Shown here: piece after piece, positions 39,374-51,112 of the stretch
Position numbering within the stretch: the first letter of the stretch is position 1
Layout: the number at the start of each line of letters is the position of its first letter
Assembly (NCBI GenBank): GCA_044892505.1
Contig: CM097883.1
Location: forward strand, 262,818,001-262,882,000
Reading direction: 5' to 3'
Length of the DNA stretch: 64,000 nt
Origin: Schmidtea nova
Taxonomy: Eukaryota
Translations under genes and position numbers: made by a program
Notes under the pieces: model-generated
The model's database searches: none
What the model was told of the DNA's origin: nothing
Seen by the model: the letters and a program-made list of their open reading frames with translations, nothing else

Positions 39374-39610
39374 AGTCTCCACTAACGGTTCATCAAATCT
39401 CCAGTCGATCAATCTTTTAGAGTCAAAAACTGTACCATTTAAGTTCATTGCAACTTGGTTTTTTACATCCTCTCCAATCAATCGCTCTGTATCGGTAAAT
39501 GCTACATAACTTGGAGTTGTACGATTTCCTTATTCGTTGGCAATAATTTCTATTTCGCCATGTTGAAACACTCCAACGAATGAATTTGTGGTATCTAAAT
39601 TTATGCCAAG
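39374..39610 (-). pseudogene. HSP70: HSP70 N-terminal fragment
   Basis: [61 protein letters not shown], with an in-frame stop at 39530-39532. Confidence 0.92.
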
Positions 39611-39989
39611 ACATTGAATTAAATTTAAAATTTGTTAAAATCATAATTATTACCAAAATTGTTTAATAATTTGAAAGCCAATTCTATTCAAAAACAGTTG
39701 TTTTTAAATTTACAAAAATTCAATAACGCCAAAATTAATTAAAGTGATTCGACAAAACAATATATTCATTGTCAAACCATTTTTTAACAATTATTTAAAA
39801 ATCTTTGTAATTATATTTTTTTTCAAATTCACTTGTTTCTAAATGCCACATACTTTTCAAAACCCCATCAAAACTTTTACTTAAAAATTATTTTATTTTT
39901 ACGATGGACACAGCTAAGAGCAACCAATTTGAAAAAAAATGTTACTGTGTATGGATCACGTGCTGTCGAAATATGAAGTGGGTTAGTGT

Positions 39990-40245
39990 AAAACAAGGAA
40001 AGAACTTTTTGTAATCTATTATTCTATATGTCACTTTAAGCATTATTTGTGTGGGAAAAGTTCACACTCCGTACTGATCACAAAGCAATAAACTATCTGA
40101 ACAAAAAAAGCATTACTCCACAATTCCAGACGCAGATTAATTATTTAAGCAATTTAGAAATATTTTTCCGATATGAAGAAGGAGAAGACCATCAAAATGC
40201 AGACGCGTTATTAAGAAGAATGAGCTAAATGCCTTCAATGCCAGA
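39990..40245 (+). mobile_element. Ty3/gypsy RNase H relic
   Basis: TRKEL..HFKHYL..KFTLRTDHKAI...NADAL.R followed by CLQCQTIH. Confidence 0.75.
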
Positions 40246-42969
40246 CAATTCATAATGATCCAAAAACTAAAAAATATATAAACCAAGTTATTAGTAATAA
40301 TGACAGAAAGTAAATTACGGAAAATGTCTGTAGTGCCCTCTTCCGTCGATGCCCTAAGCACTTGCATATTTTGCTCAATAAAAATTCCCCATGCAATTAA
40401 TCTTAAAACATGGAAATTCGTCATTTACCAGAAAAGGTTTAAGTTTATTAATATGCTTATTCTTTTACTAGTAAATGTATAATATATAAAATGTTGTATA
40501 ATTTAGTATAAATCACGTTGTAATAATTAATACAATAAATCCTAAAAGTCTAATTTTATAAAATCTAAAACTATTATAATCTATAATTTTCAATGCCGGC
40601 TGTCAGTCTGAAATGAGCGTAAATACATTCCGCAGCAGCTGTTAAAAAATGATAAATTTTAATTTCAAAGGATCAGTTTTATTGACTAACTATAAAGAAA
40701 AAAACACTGTAGGTAATTGCATTTACACACAGAATTTCACAAAAGTTTTACACAAAAGATCCTTTGATTTCAAAGTCAAAATTTGAGTAAGTAAAATAAA
40801 ACTGACTGGCAGAAGGTTCAAAATGTATATTGTGAGAATAATTAAATAGAAATAGTATTTAACTTTCAGAATTAAATAGATTTAAATAGTAAAATAAAAT
40901 TAGATAATAAAATTATAAATTAGCATAATAAATTCAATATAAATGTTTAAGTTATTAATTGGCTTGATTGTAAATTTCATACTTAAGAATGATTGAAAGT
41001 TAAAATATAAAATATTTATTGAATGCTTTTGTATGAATATTCCATATCCAATTAATAACTCAAGCTTGCAAAAATATCCTCAAATCTAAAAAAGGGAATT
41101 GTTTGAATAATATTAGAAATTTGTGTTGTGTTTAAAAATATAGTTTTTTGAAATTATAGTTTTTCTTAATTTAAGAAACACAGCATGGTATTAGAGATTC
41201 GATTTCCAAACATTTTCGAACAATCACTCCCTTGATTTCTAAAACCTTTCTCCAACGCACTCCTTCCAATGTAATCAGGATAAATGATTTTATGACGCTG
41301 TCACGAATATAAAAATTATTAAAAAAATTAAATTGAATCAAACATCTATTTATCAAAGTACTAGTGTGATCTTTTAACTTCGATTAAATTTGAACTGATT
41401 GAAAAAACTACTGACTTATCATCAACTTTTTCATTTGTCGAAATTGACCTTATTTTCTCTTATGAATTTATGTGAAGTCAAGCTGAACTAAAGCATTAAC
41501 GATCGAGAAAATTTTCATGAGTTGCAACAAAAGTTCAAAAGAATACATTTAAATAATAGAATTGTTTCCACCAAACATTTGAGTTGGGTCTTAAATTGGC
41601 CGACCTCTAACGCCTCTTTGATTTAACCTAGAACTCTTAAAGGGGCAGTACGGCTTCTTTAGTAATCAATGTATTAGAGGCTATAACATTTAATACTTCA
41701 GTAATAAGTCAGCAGTTTCCAATAAATTTATTTCAGTAAAATAATTGGAAATATTTAATATCATTCAAATCACGATTACTAAAAGAAAGTTTTTGTTCTC
41801 ACAAGTGTCCTATATTAAGAGAAAGAGTTTGGACAAAAAGGATAAATAGGTTTAGAATACAACATTTTTAATGATGATACACTTTCGGGACCTAAGTGAG
41901 ATAAATTTTTAAAATATTTTTATTTATTTTCTCGCATACATTATAAGTCATACCGTATGACTCATACGTAACAGAATTCACAAAATTTTAGAATTGACTA
42001 CTCACATATAGAAAGGAATTGGTTTCTAGTCCATAAATATTAAATTAATTTTAATATTTTTATAATTTAATTTTGTAATATTTTCAATTTAATCGAGATA
42101 ACTCGATGTGTATCCATCACGCTGTCGCTTTAAATGTTATCGCGCATTAAAGTAGTTGATATAAACTATCAAAATACATTTATTGTTTGGCTGACTGAAG
42201 CAAGGTTTTTGATCTTGTTTGAATGCGTCGAAAAAATACAAAAGCCCCACAAGAAGTTTATTTAAAATCCATGATAATACATCAAATAAAACAAAGTAAG
42301 TACATAATATACGTGACTCATTAAACACAAATAAATAGATATTATAATGCAAGAAGATGCAAGTACCAACTTAATAGGAAGACACAAATTGCATTTCATA
42401 AGATTGTCAAAATGCGAAAATTATAGGTAAATTAAAGTACAAAAAATTAAATTAAAGGAATAATCTAATGATAATTATAGGAAAAATCCCCATAAAAATA
42501 TTGGTAAGATAATTTAAAAAATAAATTAAATTAAATCGTTGTTTAGATCAACTAATTTAATGCTCGATGACACAACACGACGTCATAATAAACAACCTCA
42601 CATTTTGTTGTCTCGATTGAATGAAAAAATTTTCGTGAAAATAAATGAATAGAACTTAAAATAAATCGAATATTTCTCGAAAAAAATAAATTCATGTGTG
42701 GGTGTCTCTGCTAATTATCAAATTCTGTGAAATTTTCTGTATATGACTCTTAATGTATGTGAGAGAAATTGCGCACACCTTTCATGAATCCCAATAGCAT
42801 AATGAGTTGTATTGTTTGATTGACCAGTAGTTGATTTGTAACTAGTTATGAATTTATAAAAAATTATTTATTCACTAGGTAATTGTAAGGCGCCCGTTGA
42901 CAAATCATAAAAGTTTATATTGCAAAATAAAAATTAAAAATTAATCAAGAGTTGCAAGTCAAGTGAAGG

Positions 42970-45464
42970 TAGGCTTGTCAACAGGTCTCTTTTAAAAAGA
43001 ACATGTTCTCTTTTTTAGCACATTTTATTTGTCCTCTATCTTTTTCTATAAATATTCAAATTGTTCTCTTTTTTCAATTTCGCTGATTTTTAATTAATTT
43101 AAGTTGAAATTTAAAAAGAAACTCGGTATAAAAATTCAAAAATTTGAAAAAAAGCAGGCTATGCTATTGCTGTCCTGTCAATATTTATTGAATTTAAAAT
43201 TAAAGATGAAATAATTTGTGTGTATTAACGATTTTGATAAGAAATCATTATTATTATAATTTGTTGTGTTAAATAAATAAAATAAGCAAGTGAAAAGTAA
43301 TTATTAATATTATATTTTTTTGTGTTAAATAAACAAGTAAGTATGTAATTTATTATTGTTAATTAGAGTCTTATATTTTATATTCTTGGATTTTTCTATT
43401 TTAGCTCCAAATATGAGTAAACGAAAATGTTTATTTACTGAAGAACTGCAAGCTAAATTTGTATGTTTTAAATCAACACCAAATTCAAAATCCGAGGCAA
43501 TATGCACTGTTTGTAATACTACAGTTTCGGTTGCAAACAAAGGCAAATACGATTTGGAACAACATATTGCGTCAAAAAGCATACAAATACTATTCGTATA
43601 GGAGAGAGTTCCAATTCCATATGCAATTTTTTTACAAAAAAATTTTCATCTCTGTATCACAAAGTATCAGCTGTCGAAGGAGCTTTAGCATTCCACACTT
43701 TAAAGCACCATTATAGTTATAACTCCACCGTTTGTACAAACAAATTACTGTCAAACATGTTTGATGATTCGGAAGTAGCTAAGCGGATTTCATCTGGAAA
43801 GACAAAAACGAGATGTATCGCAAATAATGTCATCGCTCCATATTGCATTGAAAATATAATGCAATCATTGTCCAAAATACCATTTATATCAGTTTCAACA
43901 GATGGAAGTAATCATGGGGCAATTAAAATGTTCCCAGTTCTTATTCAATTTTTTGACAAAAATAATGGAATAATGACAAAAATGATTGATTTATATTCTT
44001 TGCCAAACGAAACAGCAGAGACAATAAGTGATAATTTGAACACTTGTTTAGAAAAATACAATATTGTCGGAAAATGTGTTGCTTTTTCTGCTGACAACTG
44101 TAACACTAATTTTGGAGGTTTGAAAAGATCAGGGAAAAACAATGTTTACAGCCTTTTAAAATTGAAATTTGGAAAAGATTTAATAGGTGTTGGTTGTCCT
44201 GCTCATATTGTTCACAATTCCGCACAGCATGGATTTGATTCGATGACAGTAGATTTAGAATCTATAATCTTAAAACTCTATAATTTTTTTTCAATTTATA
44301 CAATAAGGACAGAATCTTTGAAAAATTTTTGCGAATTTGTAGACATTCAGTATAAAGCGTTATTAAAACATTCAAAAACGCGCTGGTTATCACTTTATCC
44401 CGCTGTGAAAAGAGTCTTGGAAGTTTATCCTGCTTGTAAAAGCTTATTTTTTATCAATTGATAACTCTCCTCGTATTTTAAAATTATTTTTTGAAGATGC
44501 TTTTAGTAAAGCTTATTTAGAATTTGCTGAATCATTAATGCATATTTTTCATGAAAAAATATTAGAAATAGAATCTGAACAAAATTCTGTATTAGAAGTA
44601 ATGGCTACAACAAATTCATTAGCAAATACATTGCATCATAGATATGAGGAATCATTTTTTCCAATCAAAGTAAAGTCTATTTTGTCTGAAAATATAAAAA
44701 ATGGATTGGAAAATGAAATAGATAAATTCAATTTAAATTGCATGAATTGCTATAAGATGTCTTATGAATATTTAAAGTTATGGACTAGTCAACTATCCAA
44801 TTTTGAAAGCGTTACTTGGATGAAATTAGATAGAGTTCCAACATGGGAAGAAATTGAGAATACGATAGTATTGCTTGCATCTAAAAACATCGTTGTTGAT
44901 GATGTAAAATGTTTTGATCAATTTTATAATTTAAAGGTATTTGTAGAAAAAAACATTAATATAGAAAATTTTAGAAAATTGATTACCTGTCTCAAATGGA
45001 CAGAATATTTTAAAACAAATGCTGTTGAGTTTCATTCAGAACTCTTAAAAATATGTCAATTTTTTTTCGCAATACCTGGTCAAATTGCTAATGTTGAAAG
45101 AATATTTTCCATGATTAGCGGCCAGTGGACTAAAGAAAGAAATAAGCTAAAAATTTCCACTGTCCGAGGTATTTTGAGCGTAGTTTATAATTATAAAAAT
45201 ATTTCATGTTTGGAATTTTATAAAGAAATAAAAGAAAATGAAATTTTTTTGAACAAAGTTAGTAATGTAGATAAATACATTGAAAAAAGTGATCAAAATG
45301 ATGATGAAGATGATTAAATTAAATTAAATTAATATTTTTAAAGCACAAATTTGAATTATAAGTGCAATTTTATGTTCCTTAATATCTTTATGTATAAAAT
45401 TTGATTTTAATAATTTTTTTTTTAAAATGTTCTCTTTTTTTGTGTTGACCACTTGACAACCCTA
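42970..45464 (+). mobile_element. hAT transposon (Blackjack-like TAGGG termini), full length
   Basis: TIRs TAGGCTTGTCAA / TTGACAACCCTA with a perfect 8-bp TSD AGTGAAGG (42962-42969, 45465-45472). Confidence 0.95.
43413..45317 (+). pseudogene. hAT transposase (BED finger, catalytic domain, dimerization domain) broken by frameshifts
   Basis: Motifs include CTVC..H (BED), STDGSNH, SADNCNTN, GCPAHIVHN, TRWLSL and ANVERIFS. Split into ORFs at about 43601 and 44461. Confidence 0.92.
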
Positions 45465-45723
45465 AGTGAAGGTGCTTATTGAATCGAATCCACTGCAAGG
45501 AAATTTATTGAATGATCAAAGACAATTCACACGGAATGTAGTTTTTCAAGACGTTCTTCAATAAAAACAATTTTTTTGCCATTCCTTATATATATAACAG
45601 AAATAATTTTCAATTGCTTAAGAATAAAAGAAATTGAATTTTTAATAAAAATTTCGTACATCAAATTGTTCATTTATTTTATGATTTGTCAACGGGCGCC
45701 TTACAATTACCTTACAATTACTA

Positions 45724-45990
45724 TTATCCTAAACGTTGCCCTATAATCTTTCGCCTTTTATCCTAAATGTTTCTCTATAATCTTTCGCCTTTTATCCTAA
45801 ATGTTTCCATATAATCTTTCGCTTTTTATCCTAAATGTTTCCATATAATCTTTCGCCTTTTATCCTAAATGTTTCTCTATAATCTTTCCATATAATCTTT
45901 CGTCTTTTTTTCCTAAATGTCTCCCTATGTTTCTCTATAATCTTTCGCCTTTTATCCTAAATGTCTCCCTATAATCTTTCGCCTTTTATT
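45724..45990. repeat. 34-bp minisatellite (TATAATCTTTCGCCTTTTATCCTAAATGTTTCTC)n
   Basis: About 7-8 tandem, slightly variant units. Confidence 0.9.
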
Positions 45991-47109
45991 TTTTTATGAT
46001 AGTGTTAGAATCAACCAATCAGCGAGCGTTATAGAATCAGTCAGTGAATCAGTCAGTGAATCAGTGATGAGCGTAATTATATAATAGATTATCCAATGTA
46101 GATCTCTTTTAAATCAAACTTATTACTTTTGTTTTCTTATTTAGTGACTTATTTGAAGTTTTAATTATTTTTGCAAAATTTCAATGAATTTACTTGATTT
46201 TTCATTAAAAATGTATAATCAACAACTTATCAAATAACAAAGAATAAATACTACCAAAACAGCTAAGAAACTAACTAGATTCTTGATAAATTCAAGCATA
46301 TACTCTCGTAATTAATACAAACTGACACAAATTTCGATACTCTAAAACCATCACGTGAGAAATATTATTAACTGGGTATTACTATTTCTTCATGTATTAG
46401 ATGGCAAACACCGATCAAAGTTAAATTGATAGAAATTCTCATAAGAAAATAGATAATTCATTTCTTAAAGTGAAAATATGAATAATTTAGAAAAAAGCAA
46501 TGAATCAATTACTATTACACTCAAGCTAATTTTCAATATAATTGTTAGTTGAATAAAAGTTTTACAAAGATGTGCTCAATTAATCTTTAAATATATTATA
46601 ATTATTTCAAATATTTTAAATTAATTTATCAAATCTTAGATTAAAGTTAATAACTTAGATTAAAATGATAATTATTGATAATAATGATAACGAATTTTTA
46701 AATAAAATTTTAAACATTGGTCTAAATCAAAAGAATCAATGATAATATTGCTATCTCAATTTTTTTTGGTTGATTTTGATGAAAATAATATTATCGACAA
46801 TATCATCCTCATATAAGTAAATCAAAAATTAATTACTGATCCACTTATAAAATAACTAAGTACTAATTAAATAAATTAAATAATTGGTAAAATTATTACA
46901 AATTCTTATAAAAAAATAAGTCACTTTTTAAATCAATTCATCGGATTTAAACTAAATATATTAAGTTCTTAATAAAATTAAATGATCCTCGATTTAATAA
47001 GAATAAAAATTTAAAAATAAAAATTTAAAAGATAATGAAAACATAGATAATTTATTAATAAATGTGAAAAAATAGGGATAATTAGAAGAAAAAAAAGAAG
47101 ATGACGAAA

Positions 47110-47602
47110 CAAAAACAATTAATAAGACGAAAAAAAATACATTCAATAAAACAAATTGTTCTTTCTTAGCTGCAGATATATCATCAGCTTTCACCGTTGA
47201 ATTAATCTTCTTATGCTTCATGAAATAACTGTCTTTAATGCGCTCTGGAATATCAATGGTAGAAATATCTATCTTTGTGCTTGTAGTAATAACTGGGGTG
47301 ATTGATTGTCTCATTCGCCTCTTGTGCTCACTGAATTCTTTCGTACGATTGAGTTCTTTTTAATTGCAACATTCGATTGGTAACTTTGTGGTTTGCGTTG
47401 GGTTTTAATTTGTGCAGCTTCCATTTTTTGTAAATTGCTTCTTGCTTGTTGTTTTTTGAAAAAGGTGAAAAAAGTCCATTTTTTTTGTGATTAAAACAAA
47501 TCGATTTTTCTTTTTATAAATAATTAAATAAATGATTTTAATATATAAATATTGATATTTAATTAAATAATATAATAACATATAAATAACGGAGGCACTA
47601 CA
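47110..47602 (-). repeat. 3' LTR (last ~10 nt apparently missing)
   Basis: Direct repeat of 52927-53420. It diverges from the 5' LTR just before that LTR's ...GCAGCTACTA end. Confidence 0.9.
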
Positions 47603-47652
47603 ATAGCCCCCGCCGAAGTACGCGGAGCGTATGGGAAAGGCAAAAAACGAAT

Positions 47653-50600
47653 TCAAGGATCTGAGTGGAAATCGAGATGGTAGTCTGAGAGATACTGTGG
47701 AGGACGACGGATGCGATTGTGTGACAATGGGTTGCGAAATGTTTCGGTCTGCGGAATTGGAAAGGGTTGGTGAGCCTGTGGGTCTGGATCAAATGTGGGG
47801 TCTTCGGTTAGATCTTCATCTGACTGGTGGTGTAGTGGAAGTTCGTTGTCCTGATCCGCTAATATAAGAGCCGGTTTTAGGCGGTTCAGGTTTATGATGT
47901 GTGTTGTACCATCTATGTATAGTTCGGCCGTGTTTTTGTGTATTTTGATAATCGGGTAGGGTCCTTTATACCGGGGCTTCAAACTGGATGAGTCAATGCA
48001 TTTTAACCAGGCGTGTGAGGCTGAGGTAAGAGTATGCGGCATGTAGGGTTTGTAAGAGGTAGAGTATGTGAAGGACGGATTTGAGTCTAGAGCTAGGAAG
48101 TGGCTGCGGGCCTGGTTTATTTGTTGGAGAGACGATTCGGAGTCTGTTTCTATAAGTTCTGATGGCATGCGTGTGTTAGCGCCGAACAGTAATTGTGCCG
48201 GGGAGACTCCACTTGAGCGATTGGGTGTGTTGTGCCATCCAAGTAGAACGAACGGCAGAGACTTTGTCCATCCAGAGGAGGATGCGAGAATACGAAGTGA
48301 GGTCTTGATAGTGCGATGGGCACGTTCGACGAGATCGTTGGTCTGTGGGTGATAGGCAGAGGTGCGTATGTGTTTAATGCTTAGCGCGTTTGTCAGGTAA
48401 TTAAATAAGTCCGATTCGAATTGGCGCCCTTGGTCTGTAATGATTGTTGTAGGGATACCGTAACGGGAAAACCAGGTAGACACTAAGTAGTCTGCAACAG
48501 TGGGTGCTGTGATATTGGGTATGGGTACTGCTTCGAACCAGCGCGTCTTACGATCTATCATTGTAAGGATGAAGGAGAATCCGTTGTCCGCCGGAAGTGG
48601 TCCCACGAGATCAATGTGCAAAATATCGAAGCGGGAGCCTGTGGGGAAAGGGGTGAGCGGTGGTTTGACATGTTTGTGAACTTTATGCTGCTGGCACCCT
48701 TGACACTCACTTACCCATCGTTTGACGTCTTTGAATAGGGCGTACCAGGTGACTTTCTGGCGTAGTAGTGCGTATGTCGATTTGATGCCGGGATGGTGTA
48801 GGTTGTGAACTGCGAAAAACGCTTCTTTGCGAAGTGACTCGTGTAGAATGGGGCGTAGCGTATTGTTGAAAGATGTGTCGTAATGGACACCGTCGATGAG
48901 TTTGTGGGAGTCTTTGAACCTGGAAATATCTTTCTCAGAAGGAGGCGTGGATGAAAGGATATCTAACGAGAAGATAGGAGAAAAAGATATTGAGGTTATG
49001 ATCGCGCGCGAAAGGCAGTCTGCAATGACGTTGTCTCCACCTGCTATGTGTTTGATCACGAAATCAAACGATGATAGAAATGCTAGTTGACGAAATACCC
49101 TATTCGATGGATCTTTCATGGTGAGGCAGTGTAGGAGAGGTTTGTGGTCGGTGAATATTGTGAAATGTCTACCCTCTAGGAAGTATCGGAAATGTTTCAC
49201 GGCCAGCACGATGGCTAGTAGCTCTCTGTCGAAGGCACTGTACCTTGTTTCTGCTAATGAGAATTTACGGGAAAAGAATTCGATGGGACGGGAAACGTTG
49301 TCTTTAATCTGATGGAGAACAGCCCCAGCTGCTATGTCCGAGGCGTCAGTGGTTAGAGTGAATGGCAGGTCGTTATGTGGGTAATACAGCGTTGAGATAT
49401 TAGTCAATGCGTTTTTTACGTAGATGAAGGCCTGATCCGTTTCGTCGGACCATTTTATTATAGCCTTTTTGGGGCCGTGATTGAGTGCTGACAGTGGTGC
49501 GGTAATGCAGGACGAGTTTGGGATAAATCTGTGGCAGAAGTTTACAGTTCCGAGAAAGCTGCGAAGCTCTGTGACCGTGGACGGTTTGGGAAATGACCGG
49601 ATAATGTCTAGCCTTTCTGGGAATGGTTCACATCCGTCTGCGGACAGTATGTGTCCTAGAAAACGGACGCGCGACTTGAAGAATTGACATTTTTCAACGC
49701 TAATCTGAAGGTTATTTTTGTCGAGGACTTCAAAAACCTGTATTAAGTCTCTTGCGTGTGAGGATTCGTCAGTAGAAGCGACAATGATATCGTCTAGATA
49801 GACGAAGGTGTGGTTGAGATGTGTGAAAGTGATGTCCATGAAGCGTTGGAGTGTTTGTGCGGCATTCCTAAGGCCGAATGGCATGAACAAGTATTCGAAA
49901 TTGCCGAAAGAGGTAGTTACAGCTGTTTTTGGAACGTCATCTGGATTTACAGGGAACTGGTGAAATGCTTTGGCGAGGTCGATCGTTGAAAAGACTGTAT
50001 TCCCCGAAAAACGTGAAAATAGGTCCTTAATGAGAGGCATAGGGTAGGCGTCATGAATCGTTACGCTGTTCAACGCTCGAAAATCACCACAAGGGCGGAA
50101 GGAGCCATCTTTTTTCGTGACTACATGGATAGGGGAAGCCCATGGGGAGGACGTGCGTCGAATGATGCCTTTGTCTTCGAGTTCGGAAAATTCTAGTTCG
50201 ACGGCCTGTCGTCTATTGATAGCCAGAGGCCTGGAACGAGCGCTTTGTGGTGTGCACGGAACAGTGGTGATGAAATGGACGGATTCTTTGCTGGGTACGT
50301 GTGTGGTAGACTTGGTGAGGAGGTTCGGGAAATTTGTGGCGATGACTGATTCTACGTTGTCTGTTGTTAAAGTGATTGTTGTTTTTGGCGACACTATCGC
50401 GGAAACTGGATGAGGGAGTTGATACAGTTTTCTGTTTTTACAGTCGATGTTCACTTCTTCGGTTGTTAAGAAATCGAGACCTAGAATCGGGAATGTTGTG
50501 TCGGCAATGTAAAATGAGTGCGAGAAACGTTTAGAAAAGCCGGGAAGGCGAAATTCTATTGTTTTCGTACCGGAGAGCATTATGTGCGTACCGTTTGCGG

Positions 50601-51080
50601 CTATGGCGGAGGATGAGCAGGGTGTGTCTGCAGTGAAGGTAGTGGGTAGAATTGAATACGACGAACCTGTGTCTATAAGGACTGTTATTGTGCGTTGTTT
50701 GGGTTGTCCGTGTGCTTCTAACAGTTCGGCGGTGATGGTGAAATTTCCGGGAGTTCTGGTTAAAATTGATGTGGCCAGGGTTGCTTTGTTTATGGTGGAG
50801 GTGGTGGTCGGTGACGGTGGTGGTAGGATGCTCGTGTTGTCTGTGGGAATTTCGTAGTGAGGAGGGGTGAGTGGTGTTTGTGGCATTGATAGTGGCGCTT
50901 TTAGTGGTTTTATGCACGTTGATGTTGGTAATGATGCAGGCGGTTCTGAGAATGGTGTTTTTGTTGTAGGTGGCGTTTGTGTTTGTGTTGTGCGGGTTGT
51001 GCTGAGTGGTGTAGTGAGTTGAGCTGTGCGAAGAAGGGACGTGGTTTGCTGTGAGGAAGAGTGTTCCCTGGCAGGAAGTC
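47653..51080 (-). CDS. pol: Pol polyprotein (PR-RT-RNase H-IN, with GPY/F motif)
   Basis: Motifs in order: LIDTGS, YLDD, TTDAS, TDHKPL, HHPG...CQGC, DLVGP, TDQG, ERAHRT and YKGPY. The frame is open from about 51080, with the first Met at 50886 (1077 aa). Confidence 0.97.
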
Positions 51081-51112
51081 ATCGGAGCGTCCAGGAATAT
51101 CCGATGACTCAG

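Larger units (their letters stand above)
42875..46088 (-). mobile_element. Non-autonomous Helitron-like element (host of the nested hAT)
   Basis: The minus strand begins A|TCTATTATATAATT, followed by (CTGATTCACTGA)-type microsatellite and a 34-bp minisatellite, and ends ...CAATTACCTAG|T. This fits the A|TC...CTAG|T Helitron rule. The 3' hairpin is weak. Confidence 0.5.

Noticed and set aside
23718-41650. TTAAAGGGGCAGT motifs at ~23720 and ~41637 as Kolobok termini
   Set aside because: No matching opposite ends or internal ORFs were found.
45724-45990. CRISPR-like array
   Set aside because: The repeats are contiguous with no unique spacers, in a eukaryotic context with no cas genes. It is a minisatellite.
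46994-47314. Separate gene at the 3' LTR
   Set aside because: It is a copy of the LTR-internal frame running into flanking AT-rich DNA.
48068-50857. Plus-strand ORFs antisense to pol, and the Thr/His-rich ORF 50531-51082
   Set aside because: These are shadow frames of a GC-richer coding region, with no motifs.
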